From Octopus vulgaris (lineage: Eukaryota), in NCBI GenBank assembly GCA_951406725.2, contig OX597815.1, forward strand, positions 208,010,001-208,074,000: a DNA stretch of 64,000 nucleotides, in the 5' to 3' direction. The notes under the pieces were generated by a model. The model saw only the letters and a program-made list of their open reading frames with translations. It searched no databases and was not told the origin of the DNA. Below are positions 40,215 through 53,498 of the stretch, piece after piece. Both the position numbers and the translations under genes were made by a program. Numbering within the stretch: the first letter of the stretch is position 1; every line of letters starts with the position of its first letter.

Positions 40215-40974
40215 GCACCACCCTTTACCTGTCTAAGCAATAAAAAAAAGTCTCCCTATTCAAGTTTTTATTCTAATCATCAATTTGAAAATGATAAAAA
40301 TTTAATCCACTAATTTTGAAAATATATCTCAAAATTTTTATGGGGCCTGTTTGTTCGAGTTTGGAAAGTATTTTGCTACATTTCAATGACATATGCACTC
40401 ACAGTTCTTCTGGTTTGCACTGTGTGTAATAGTAACCTTATTACTAAATAGAAAGAAAATATCAGGATATATTGGGCTACAGATATTTCTTCAATATAAG
40501 AATAAATGCAATTCAGTTAAAACTAGCAGTAAAAGCTGGACTTTTACTCATAAATGTACAAATGTATGAAAGTTATTTGGAAAGAAATCTAACAGGGAAA
40601 AAAGAAATAAAATAAATAGAGAGAGAAGAAGAGGATGATTGAAAGGAAGCAAGGAGTCATAAAGAAGAAAAAGACAAGAGATGAATCTAGTAGAGGGAAA
40701 AAGAGGAAAGAACAGAAGATAATAAAAATAAAGTATGAGTAAAACAAAGAAACAATGAGAAGGAATAATAGATAAAGTGGAGGAAAAAATACAATTTTAA
40801 GAATAGAATATGAGAAGAAAATATCTTGGAGACTGAGACGAAAGGAAAAGTAAAAGATAAGGCGAATAGAAGAGGGGAAAATAGAAGAAGGATGGCAGGT
40901 GATGGCTTGAGAAAGGAAATGGAAAATGAAAACAAAAAAAAAATAAAGATTAGAAGAAAGGTGTTATGACTTAC

Positions 40975-41084
40975 CTAGCTTGTCGAATGGCTTCAATCCA
41001 GGCAATGCAGTCAGCCTCGGTGTCCGCCTTAAGATCATATTGACGTTGTCCGGCACTTTGGTGATAGGTGATACTAAAACAAAA
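40975..41084 (-). CDS. RASGRF: Internal coding exon: C-terminal half of the N-terminal PH domain of a RasGRF-like Ras guanine-nucleotide exchange factor
   Basis: Minus strand ttatcacttttcccag|TTT TGT...CAA GCT AG|gtaagt; 110 nt, phase 0 to phase 2. Peptide FCFSITYHQSAGQRQYDLKADTEADCIAWIEAIRQA(S/R) is the PH beta6-beta7-helix with the invariant Trp. It resembles, in sequence and intron phases, vertebrate RASGRF exon 2 as I recall it (HYFTVNFSHENQKALELRTEDAKDCDEWVAAIAHAS). No other exon of the gene found in the window. Confidence 0.78.
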
Positions 41085-41377
41085 CTGGGAAAAGTGATAA
41101 AAAAACAGAATTAATAACAGCTTAGATAGAATTTTTACAAAGACAACACACACACACAAAAACACATAAACACCGATAAATATGGAAAAATATGCATATA
41201 CATGTGTATGCAGAGAGATAGATATTCATATATATATGTATGTGTGTGGGTGTATATATATATATATATATATACATACATACAGATATGTATCTATAAC
41301 ATACATGAATATATATATATATATTTATATATATATGTATGTAAGCATATTCACAAATGCACACACGCATATATATA

Positions 41378-41534
<157 letters not shown>

Positions 41535-41686
41535 TACACACACATACATATTTTATTATTTATGCTAAGGTATAGCAATACTAATAACCAATTGTTAGAT
41601 TTCAACGTACAAGAATACATACATATGTATGTGTGTGTCTAAGAGGGATACATTGGTGTAATGGTAGCACAATTGTCACAACGATT

Positions 41687-41721
<35 letters not shown>

Positions 41722-42041
41722 ATATATATATATACACACACACACACATATAAAATACATATTGATTTCACTCCTATTAAGACATCCAGTCACTGTCTTC
41801 CCACTTTATCTTTTACCATTTTCATATTTTACTGCACACATACACGTACACACACACGCACATGTGAACATACACATATCTATTACAGGAAGCCAAAGAA
41901 CAAATATATGTATTATATGTTGAAGTGTGTGTGTGTGTGTATTGTGTTTATCTATTATGTCTGTGTACATATATATTTGTATGTATGTGTATATATATAT
42001 ATGTATATATATATGTATGTATATATATATATATGTGTGTG

Positions 42042-42074
<33 letters not shown>

Positions 42075-42589
42075 ATATACATACATATATATATATATAT
42101 ATATATGTATGTATATACATATATATAAATACACACACATATATATATATATGTATATATTATATATGTACAGTTACATAATTTACACATAAATATGTGT
42201 ATGCATATATATGTATATACATGAGTGAGCAGGTACATGCACACACACACACATACACACACTCACATATGCACATACACACAAGTTTATACGCTTACAA
42301 GCCCCACTGAATTCCATACCTAGATGCACTGTTGCCGCCAACTTCCAGTCCAACCATGTGGCTAAATAAACTCTTTCCAGCCATGTAGCTGCTGTTGCTT
42401 ACTAAGCAATACTATCAATCATGACATCATGTGACCGTTGCATTTTTTTGATGGCAGGATAACTGAAGAGATGGCGGCATGGGTTTCCACCCCAACATCC
42501 AAAACTTGGAGTTTTAACATGGCTACTGAATAATTGCCACATACTATATTTACAGATATATATGTATATATATATATATATATATATAA

Positions 42590-42794
42590 AGTTAGTTAAT
42601 CCAAACAAGAAAGCACAAAAAAACACAACAACGCGAGGACATGGAACAAATATAGTATTATTGGACGCTCAGGAAAGAAGGAAAGAAGGAGGGTTTAACA
42701 TTTCAAGCGGAGTTCTTTGTTGGAAACATAGGAGAAGGAAAGATCCAGAGAAGGGAAGACAGAGGAAAAAAATTGCCAACGGTACACACGAGGT

Positions 42795-42873
<79 letters not shown>

Positions 42874-42885
42874 TATATATATATA

Positions 42886-42934
<49 letters not shown>

Positions 42935-43241
42935 GCACTCACACACACACACACACATATATATATACATATATATAGTCGCTATACTGGGCCATTGAAA
43001 TCTACAAGTTTTTTTTTTTTCATTCTCTCTCTGTTTATTTTCTCTTATTCCTTTCCGTTGAAGAGCATAAGCTCAAAACATAAAAGACTTTTTCAATTTC
43101 CCGAGCGTCAAACTAATACACGTGCTTGTTCTTCATACACCTGTCTTTGTCTTTTGTTTTTCTACAAATTTCAACTAAATATATATGTATATATATGTAT
43201 GTATATATGTATGTATGTATGCATGTATGTATGTATGTATG

Positions 43242-43272
<31 letters not shown>

Positions 43273-43430
43273 TGGGAGAGTTTACGAAAAAAAACAGAAG
43301 ACGAAGACAGGTGGTGTACAAAACAAACCGATGTATTAGTATAATGCTCAGGAACAGAAAAAGTATTTTACGTTTCGAGTGTACGCTCTTCTACAGCAAG
43401 GGACACAGAAAAAACAAGGAGAGAAAAAAT
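42590..43430. mobile_element. Cluster of three Penelope-like terminal-repeat fragments in (TA)n, each with a decayed hammerhead-like motif
   Basis: 42693-42727(-) GTTT-CCAACAA-A-GAAC-TCC-GCTT-GAAA-TG-TT-AAAC; 43051-43086(+) CTTT-CCGTTGA-A-GAGC-ATAA-GCTC-AAAA-CA-TA-AAAG; 43365-43400(-) CTGTAGA-A-GAGC-GTAC-ACTC-GAAA-CG-TA-AAA. The last two fragments are inverted homologues. Confidence 0.55.
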
Positions 43431-44454
43431 GTATGTATGTGTACGTGTGAGAGTGTGTGTGTGTGCACATAAGCAAAGACACCTGGGGAGCCACAAGTAC
43501 CCTGTATGAGTGAAGAGGAATGGGTCAGCCAGGAACAAAACCTGCACCACAGATCCTACTTGCCAAGAGTTCAACAGCATTTGTGCACTTATTAACATGC
43601 AAACATACGTGCATAATTGCAACGAACTTCAGAAAGCTTTTTCCCCGAGTATGAATAGTTATAGCGTGACATACGCACCATGTTGATAATGTAATATTTA
43701 TTCTCAGTTCTATAAGCTGGAGTTTATTGAATTATATTTAGAAAAAAAAAAGACACATCAATCGTTCTTTGTGATGTTAAATGTTTGTAAAATTTTGAAA
43801 ACAAAAAATAAGAAAGCTCATTTTTTATCTAGATTTTTGCCAAAATATTAAAACATTGCCTTAATTATAGTTTATACTGTATTTAGTGTTGGCGAAATAT
43901 TTCAAGACCATTGAGATAACCAATTATTTTTGTTTGTTGTGCCATCTTCTCTTATGTGTATTTAATAGCTATAATAATTCCGATAATGGTATTCCAGTGA
44001 TATCTGTTGGAAAAGATCAATGTTTCTTCTCTCTTCATATACAAATGGATGGTTCAAAAACCTAATTAAAATATGCATTCCTGTTAAATTACCATGGTTT
44101 TTATTGTTGTTATTGATGCTTTTGCTGTTCTGTCCCAAGTCAGCCCTGAATGAGCATGCCTATGATCAAAAGTGCTGAAGCTGCGATCACCATGTTTTTA
44201 TTTATAATGTGGTGTATCCCAGAACTACTGTGTCTTCTTCTTCATGGAACGCATTCTATACAGATACTAATGTCCTAAAATATGTGCCTTCCATTTTCAA
44301 AGACGATTCAGATTTTGTTGGAATTTTCACTGCTACTTTGTGCAGGACATGTGACTACAGAAACTCTATAGTGGTTTAGTTTTCTGAGAAGGTCAAAAGC
44401 AATGGACGAGAAAAAGTAAGTATAAATTGTGCTGTCAGCTAATACTTAACAGTA

Positions 44455-44714
44455 AAAAAAATAATAAATAAATACGCTTTTTCTAAAGCCTAGCCAGGCT
44501 CATGGGCCTGGTTTCCCAGTTTCTATGTGTTCCCCTGTTGGACGGGACGCCAGTCCTTCACAGCGTTACTCATTTTTGCCAGCTGAGTGGACTGGAGCAA
44601 CGTGAAATGAAGTGTTTTGCTCAAGAACACAACTTGTCGCCCAGTCCAGGAATCGAAACCCCAATCTTACAATCATGGTGCTGACACCCTAACCACTAAG
44701 CCACGTGCCTCCAC
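44455..44714 (-). mobile_element. SINE family E with TSD
   Basis: Matches 26646-26907. 13-bp TSD ATACTTAACAGTA at 44442-44454 and 44715-44727. Confidence 0.9.
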
Positions 44715-44954
44715 ATACTTAACAGTAGACAAAACAAATTGAACATAAAAGTAAGACAATGAGTTTTGATTTTATAAATGGGTCAATAAATAACACACAT
44801 ATGCTTTAAATTCATTTTTGCTTTTAATTTTGTGATAATATAATATTATAAAATGGACATTTTGTAGTATCTAAGTATATATATTATGTATTAAAGTATT
44901 TAAGATATCAAAGAGTAAAAACGAAAAGGAACATAATAACGTGTGTGCATGTGC

Positions 44955-44997
<43 letters not shown>

Positions 44998-45752
44998 TTT
45001 TAAATGGCCATCAAGCAAATGTTTTAGCTTCAACACACAATCTCAACTTTAGTCACTTTCCAAGCAAATACAGCACCAAAATTTGTCAGTTCTTTTCAAA
45101 GCCTAAGAACTATTAGAAAGAATTTGTTCTGTACAGCAAACGAACAGAATTAAACATGGAATAATAGCTATAAGCCATTGACTATGATCATAATTGCAAG
45201 GATTCTTCTAAAGAAAGAATTAAATTGTGATGCAGCAGGGTAAGGAAATATTTTCCAGAAAACTAGGTAATTGATCTGATTTCTTTTATATAGCTGCGCC
45301 AGAGAAGTATGACTGCATACTATCACTTACAATATCAAATTCTCTTAAGGTGACTTGGATACAAAATATATGAAAAGTGCTATAGAGCCGAGTTTATTCT
45401 AAAAGCTGAACAGGAAGAGAACAAGATGAAAAGCAAATAATTTCAGAGAATGTAAAGAAAATAAGGAAAGTAAATAAAGTGTTAGTCAGAATATAAAGAA
45501 AAGATAAAAAAAAATAATGAAAAAAATAATAGCAACAACAAAAATGGCGTACTGGTGACCTAATTTGATGAAAGTTAAATATCAGAATTGTGAAAAAACT
45601 TGTATGTATGTTATAAAGACATTTATATCAATGAAACTATGAAACTTTTCTCCAAAACATGAATTAACTGAATGAAGTAGGTAAAGAATAAATAATGGAA
45701 ACGATTTTTTATTGTGTATATATATAAATATACATGTATGTATGTGTGTGTG

Positions 45753-45789
<37 letters not shown>

Positions 45790-45830
45790 GTATGTATATG
45801 TATGTATGTATATATATGCATATATATATA

Positions 45831-45886
<56 letters not shown>

Positions 45887-46126
45887 AGTATATATGTAAA
45901 TGGATTAATTCAATGTGTGTTAGTGTCACCTATTCTTTCATTGATCTCCAGTATTCAAAATGTAAATCTGACTTGAATTGGAATAAGGAACAGGAATAGA
46001 GGAAGGAACTAAATATTGCAATGGATTTTGGGTAAACTCATGAATCTGAAGAGATTGGTAAGAGTCCTTCATTAGGTTTTACTGTTACCATCAACTCTAA
46101 TATGATATAAATTAAGAATAATTTAA

Positions 46127-46341
46127 CCCTTCGATATTCAGGTTTACTCTGTCAACTTTAATGCTTATTTATTCACATGGCTTTCAATTAATCTGTTTTG
46201 TAATTTTGAGATTTTAATGATGAGATTGTTTATTTTCAAAATGACATTGTAGAGTAAGTGTGAGAAGTCAGATCTAGCTGATTTGAACATAAAACAAGTA
46301 GACTGTTGTGGCCTGATATGGCTGATTTAAATGCTAAAGGG
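46127..46341. mobile_element. piggyBac-like MITE, uninterrupted copy
   Basis: TTAA|CCCTTCGATATTCA ... TTAAATGCTAAAGGG|TTAA. Inverted homologue of 1252-1878 without the SINE. Confidence 0.75.
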
Positions 46342-47327
46342 TTAAGGGAGTGAAAATGTATGAAATGAAGTTTTAATACTGCATCATTTCTCATAACTTT
46401 TACCTCAATAACATAAAAAAAATATTTAAAAATTTACCCTTTTTATTATCAAAAATACTAATTTCAAATAAGTTTACAAGCTACTAAGTTGTTTGTGAAG
46501 ACATTCTATTCAAGATTGATTACTTTCTAGAGACTGATAAAGAAAATTCTTTTGGAATTGAACAAGAAAATTGATAAATTTTATTAAAAATTAGGAAAAA
46601 AAATTTCTGAAATAACCAGGAACTAATTTATACGGAATTTTTGTAGGTTCTTTTTAGAAAAATCAAATGTTTCTGTTTTATGGAGGAGGGGGTGGAGAAG
46701 TTACTTCTTTTTTTCCTGAACAAAATAGTTTATGATGATGAAAAGAATAAAGAGCAACCGAGCGAATTTTGACTGAATACAAAGATATGTGATCTAAAAA
46801 TGTGTTAAAAAAAAAAAGAAGAAAGAAAAATACCACCCAATAAAAGTAGACCTTTAATACTTTGAAATCAATAACTTAATCAACTATTAAATATTGATGA
46901 ACAAAATACATTAGAGATAGAGATTATACAGTTAACATATATATTTCTTTAAACTATAAAATCATTGAAAGTCAAAACAGTAACTCTGTTGATTCCAATG
47001 AATGGTGGTATCATTCGATTTCTTATCCATTCTCATGTGCGAGGTTAGTGAGGACAGGTTAGGAAGTTCAGATATCTCTTTGAATGACCATTCTTGAAAT
47101 GAAGTGGAAATTATATCCATTTTCTTGCTAGATAAAAGGAGATGGAAGTTATCTTTACCCCAAGACTGCCTTTTTTTCTTCATAATTCCTTTATCTAACA
47201 CTTTTCAAATTAAATATATAGAATATTCTAGATTGTTAGCTAGATCTCTTCCTAACTGACTTGTGATAATGATGATGATGATGATGATGATGACAGCAAT
47301 AATAATAATAATGATAATAATAATAAC

Positions 47328-47377
<50 letters not shown>

Positions 47378-47384
47378 TACTAAT

Positions 47385-48234
47385 AATGGTTTCAAATTTT
47401 CACACAAGGTCAGAAATTTTAGGGAAAGGGGTAGTTTAATTACATGGACCCCAGTGCTCAATTAGTACTTATTTTATTGACCCAAAAGGATAAAAAGACA
47501 AAGTCAACCTTAGCAGAATTTGAACTCAGAACATTAAAACAGATGAAATGCTGCTAAGCATTTTGCCTGGCTTGCTAATGGTTCTGCCAGCTCACCACCA
47601 CAATAATGTTAATAATGGTTTCAAATCTTGCCACAAGGGCAGTAATTTTGGGGGAGGGATGAGTCGATTACATCGACCCCAGTGTTCAACTGGTACTTAT
47701 TTTATCAACCCCAGAAGGATGAAGGGCAAAGTCAACCTCGGTGGAATTTGAACTCAGAAAGGAGTGACAGGTGAAATATCGGTAAGCATTTCATCCAGCA
47801 TGCTAATGACTCTGCCAGTCACTACCTTAATAATAATGATGGTAATAATAATAATAATAATAACGATATGTGCATCTCTGATCACAAGCAGAGGTAGCGG
47901 GGGAGCATCATTGCCATGAGTTGAGAGGGATTCTTTTGTGTTTGAATAATTCACCTCTGGAAACATGGGTGTTTTGTTCAACATCCTTAAACAACCCCTA
48001 TTCAGGGACCTTTTGAGTGGGATAGGTTACTTGACCAAAAGAAAATTCTATCTGGGCCCCACCTGCAAGGTCATGTGCTGTTTATCTTGATATGAGATCA
48101 CCATGTCGCGCACATATGGTTGTGATGTATGTGCCTGGTGTACCCTTATCAGACAGGTAGTCATGATGGGTATACTGGGCTTTGAATAATTGTACCCCAG
48201 TGTCACTTTGATGACATGCACTGCTCTCTCACTC

Positions 48235-48267
<33 letters not shown>

Positions 48268-48790
48268 TACTCTTTCTACTTAATGCACTAAGATTGAAAT
48301 TTTTGTGGGAGAGCTATAATTGATTGCATCGTCCCCCACCATCACTCAGTGCTCAACTAGTATTCATTTCCCCAATCCTGAAAGCATGTAAGGTAAAGTC
48401 ATCCTTGATGAAATTTCAACTGGGAACAAAAAGTTGGATGAAATGCTGTGAAGCATTTTGTCTGGCATTCTAATAATTCTGTCAACTCACTGCCTGATTA
48501 TTATTATCATTATTATTATTATTATGATGATGATGATGATGATGATGATAATTCTTACTATAGGCACAAGGAGTGAAATTTTTGGGGAGAGGGCTAGTCA
48601 ATTACACTGGCCCCATTTCTCAGCTAGTACTTATTTCATTGATCTTTGGAAGATAAAAGGCAAGGCTGACCATGGTTAAATTTTGAGCTCAATGCACAAG
48701 GCCTGGAATTTTTAGGTAGGGGCCAGTCAATTACATTGATCCCAGTATTCAGTTGGTATATATTTTATCAACCCAGTAGAATTTGAACTC
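47385..48790 (-). mobile_element. Array of about 5 same-orientation SINE family B copies in (TAA)n/(GAT)n, with a family F copy (47864-48234, +)
   Basis: Repeated GACCCCAGTG.TCAA.T.GTACTTATTTTAT...AATTTGAACTCAG blocks separated by (AAT)n. Confidence 0.8.
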
Positions 48791-48844
48791 TTACTGTTTC
48801 ATCAAGTGTGCTAATCTATATAGCTATCTAATTCCAAAATTTTA

Positions 48845-49235
48845 TCTCTCTATATATAAAGCTGAAGTTGTCTGTGTATGGCAGGTTTGGTAGCCTTCAA
48901 CTAACACTATCTCCTCTGAGACCCTGCGGCGCAAGTTAACCAAAATTAACAGTATGATAGAAGAAGACTTGCTCTTCCTTCTGCAGAAGACAAAATTCAA
49001 ATCGGACCATGTTAACACCAAAAATTATTTACATAAAAAGGTGCTTTTTTTCTATGAAAATCCCTATTTTTTATGATTTTTTGACTGTTGTGTCGCCAAT
49101 TTTCGGTGTATTTCAACCAGAAAAATGTTCCCTTAAAGAGAATAACAAGGTACCTAATGCAAAATTTTTACTTTTCAAAAGTTGCAATTCTAAAGGGTCG
49201 AAATTAACCCGAGCAACGCCGGGTGATACTGCTAG
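48845..49235 (+). mobile_element. Non-autonomous Helitron
   Basis: A|TC...TATATATAAA 5' end, subterminal hairpin CCCG-AGCAACGC-CGGG, CTAG|T 3' end, no TSD. Confidence 0.85.
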
Positions 49236-49915
49236 TTTCTAAATACAACAGATTTACTGAATGGTAAATGTATTATTTGATAAGAACAGAAGGCATAACT
49301 CTGGCATGGAAGAAGATGTGGACAGAAGAAAGAAGTGTTTGAGGTCAGATCTGATGATGCTGGATTTCACGAGCAAGACGATACGAGATTAAGAGGTGTG
49401 ATCATGTTGCCACACTGAAGATTTAACCAATCCAAGTTAGCATGGAAAAGCTATTAAAAGAATTATGCTGATGGAGGTAGCGGTGGAGGTGGTGGAGGTG
49501 GTGCAGTTGGAGAGGTGGTGGTAGTAATAATGATGGTGATGACGATGGGTAAATGAATTGAGGATGTTCATGTCATGCGCTATTAAAGTTACATTTATAA
49601 GAGAACTGAAGGAGTGGGAATGACTCGTTAATATGTTTCATTTAACTGCTTCGAATTAATGACTAAAAGGAACAGAAGGAGATGGGAAAGATATTCCTGA
49701 TGGACGTAGTTCTGACAAATGAAAATTATATAAATTGTATTAAAACATTTTATGTAAAAAAAATAGAAAGGTTTGCTGGAAGGACATATTTTGGAAACAA
49801 TATAAAAATAGCATGTTCAGAGAAACTGTAATTGTAGTATCCCTCAGAGAAGAGTCAAAATAAAGGGCAAGTACTGGATATAAGACATTTGCAGGCAAAA
49901 GTGTAGAAGGTGTAT

Positions 49916-50310
49916 GGTGCAGGAGTGGCTGTGTGGTAAGTGGCTTGCTTACCAACCACATGGTTCCGGGATCAGTCCCACTGCATGGCACCTTGGGCAA
50001 GTGTCTTCTACTATAGCCTCAGGCTGACCAAAGCCTTGTGAGTGGATTTGGCAGATGGAAACTGAAAGAAGCCTGTCGTATATATGTATATATATATATA
50101 TATATGTATATGTGTGTTTGTGTGTCTGTCTTTGTCCCCACCAACATCGCTTGACAACTGATGCTGTTCAGCAAAAGAGACCGATAGAATAAGTACTAGG
50201 CTTACAAAGAATAAGTCCTGGGGTCGATTTGCTCGACTAAAGGCGGTGCTCCAGCATGGCCACAGTCAAATGACTGAAACAAGTAAAAGAGTAAAAGACT
50301 AAAAGAGTAA
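49916..50310 (+). mobile_element. SINE family A
   Basis: Family A with a ~25-nt internal deletion. Confidence 0.9.
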
Positions 50311-50449
50311 GAAAGACAATGTTCCTTGTTCAAGGAATTTATCTAAAACAGAGTAAATATGAATATGATATACCATTGTTTTGCCACAAAGAAAAAGGGA
50401 TGAAGTACAGACCGTTTCGGTGCTGTCTATTTAATGTCACCGCTTTTTA

Positions 50450-50910
50450 TCAGGGATGGGGCAGGTGCTCTTGCAGCATGTTGTTGCATCCACCATAACT
50501 GCTTGGTTCATCACAGACAGGCGGTGTCCCTGTCACTTTTGACCTTCCTAAAACACTTCCTCCTCTTCTTTGAACATGATGCATGTGGCTGGCTAACACA
50601 AGTCATCACCCCAGCTAGATCCTAAGAGAAAAGATGACAATATGCAACATCCGATTCATAAAATTGAGCAACGTGACCAAACAGTCGAAGTTGAAGCTCC
50701 TGAATCGTACAAGCATCAGGATGCATCCCGGTTTCTGAGAATAGTTGATGGTTAGATATGAAATCCAACCAATGGTAGCCCATAATCCTGTGAAGCAGCC
50801 TGGTATTGCTTCAATGCTGACTCATTTGACACCGGGCAGTAAAATATTATTTGTTCATGTAGTGGGAATAGCAAGCCAGTGACTTCACAATTACTGGAAG
50901 ACTTAAACCA
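50450..50910 (-). mobile_element. Decayed RTE-like LINE C-terminal fragment
   Basis: Minus: NTRLLHRIMGYHWLDFISNHQLFSETGMH...CTIQELQLRLFGHVAQFYESDVAY (RL.GHV motif). Confidence 0.8.
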
Positions 50911-50928
50911 TTTGGCTATGCCTATACC

Positions 50929-51159
50929 TATTTCTTTACTACCCACAAGGGGCTAAACACAGAGAGGACAAACAAGGACAGACAAACGGATTAAGTAGAT
51001 TACATCGACCCCAGTGCATAACAGGTACTTAATTTATCGACCCTGAAAGGATGAAAGGCAAAGTCGACCTCGGCAAAATTTGAACTCAGAACATAACAGC
51101 AGGTGAAATACCACTAAGCATTTTGCCCGGCGTGCTAACGATTCTGCCAGCTCGCCGCT
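50929..51159 (-). mobile_element. SINE family B, full length with TSD
   Basis: 18-bp TSD TTTGGCTATGCCTATACC at 50911-50928 and 51160-51177. Confidence 0.93.
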
Positions 51160-51477
51160 TTTGGCTATGCCTATACCAATAGAAAAGATTGATAAAAAAA
51201 TTTTAGATCCTCCAATGGCTGGTTTAACTTGAGTAAATATTCTTTCTAATTCTTTCAATCTAAGATTGCATCTTTCTGAAACTCATTTTCAGTTTCATTT
51301 CCCCAAACTAATAACGTTAAGCAACAGAAGACAGAGAGTTCAGATATACTTACATAGTTAATATTGTAATTATTAAACATAATTTCCAACTATATAACCA
51401 ACTAATTGGAGACAAATTTAATTTGCCAATATTTCTGTTTCTCAATGCAAATAAATCATTGCTTCGGCTTATATTTA

Positions 51478-51899
51478 CTTACTCTCTCTCTTTACTCTTT
51501 TACTTGTTTCAGTCAGTTGACTGCGGCCAGGCTGGAGCACCGCCTTTAGTCGAGCAACTCGACCCCGGGACTTATTCTTTGTAAGCCCAGTACTTATTCT
51601 ATCGGTCTCTTTTGCCGAACCGCTAAGTGACGGGGATGTAAACACACCAGCATCGGTTGTCAAGCGATGCTAGGGGGACAAACACAGACACACAAACATA
51701 CACGCACACACACATATATATATATATACATATATACGACAGGCTTCTTTCAGTTTCCGTCTACCAAATCCACTCACAAGGCTTTGGTCGGCCCGAGGCT
51801 ATAGTAGAAGACACTTGCCCAAGGTGCCACGCAGTGGGACTGAACCCGGAACCATGTGGTTGGTAAGCAAGCTACTTACCACACAGCCACTCCTGCGCC
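51478..51899 (-). mobile_element. SINE family A, full length, near consensus
   Basis: Reverse complement of 20881-21299. Confidence 0.93.
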
Positions 51900-52464
51900 T
51901 ATTTATTGGCAATTTATTTGCTAATACTTTCAGAAAATATGAGGAGACAACACTTTAGTTGATGAGTCCTTAAGAAGAGGTGAAATGTGTCCAGACTTGT
52001 TTTTATACACTTGATGAAAAATATGTTAGTCATCAGCTAATGTTGTTTCTATTTTATTGTATATCTGAATATACTTTGGCATTTTTTTTAATGTTCTAAT
52101 CCCTAAATATGCTTCCACTAACATAACCACCTAATTATCTTGGGGATCGCATCATAGAAACATTTAATATACCAGTATTTCTCTCACTCTGTGTCAATAA
52201 ACGCACAATTTATTATGTTTACTTAGCAGTAATTTGCTAATACTTTGGCAAATTATTGGTAAGGATACACTTTGCTGATGAGCCTTTAAACAAAGAGCAA
52301 AATATTAAATATGTGTTTACCAACTCAACCGCATGTATTGATTTTAGCCTGCTGGGGAGGCATGGAGGGAGTCAGAAAAATGATTTTCTTCCCCAGATTA
52401 ACTAATGAAAAATTATATATTCAGCAAACATGAACAATAAATGTGCATATACATGAGCAATAAA

Positions 52465-52506
<42 letters not shown>

Positions 52507-52589
52507 GACATATATATATATACATACATATATATACACACACACACATATATATATATACATACACACACACATATATATATATATAT

Positions 52590-52622
<33 letters not shown>

Positions 52623-52813
52623 CATATATATATGTATGTATATACATATACGTGCATATATATATACATACATATATATACATACACATATATATATATA
52701 TACATATATATACACACACACACACATATATATATACATACACACATATATATATACATACATATATATATATACATATATATATATATGTATGTATATA
52801 TATATATACATGC

Positions 52814-52847
<34 letters not shown>

Positions 52848-53463
52848 GGGAAAAGAAAGGAACAATGCATTGACATAATTTATTATTATTACTTTTGTTG
52901 TTGTTGTTGTTGTCGTTGTCATCATTGATATTAATGTATCTGTTGATAAATGCAGCTAACTCTACTTAGGCACAACTGAGATATGGAAGTAGAAAACTGA
53001 ATACTTAAGTCAGAGGTTCCCAATATTTTCCTTACTAAAGACCCCCCCACCTTTTTATTTAAATGAATTTTCCCATTAATCCCAGGTGTTTGAGAGGTCT
53101 TTCTCAACAGTCAAGACAATTTCATAGGCCTGACTGTGTGGTCAAGAAGCTCACTTTGCAACCAGGTGGTTTTGGGGTTCAGTACCACAGCACAGCACCT
53201 TGGACAAGTATCTTCTATAGCTCTGGTCAATCAGTGCCTTGTGAGTGAACTTGGTTGGTGGAAACTGTGTGGAAGCCCATCATATATATATGTATATGTG
53301 TGTGTGTGTGTGAGAGAGAGAGACTGCATTTTGTTGTCCCCCACCAACACCACCACTTGACAAGTGGTGTTGGTTTGTTTATTTCCCTGTAACAACTGAA
53401 CTTGTTTTGATTAACTATGGACACTGTTTACTCTTCTACTTGTTTCTTTCATTGGACAGTGTA

Positions 53464-53464
<1 letters not shown>

Positions 53465-53498
<34 letters not shown>

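Noticed and set aside
46962-47201. 79-aa minus-strand ORF in apparently unique sequence
   Set aside because: No recognisable domain, no splice donor before the stop, and no resemblance to the RasGRF N-terminus. Cannot be supported without homology or RNA data.
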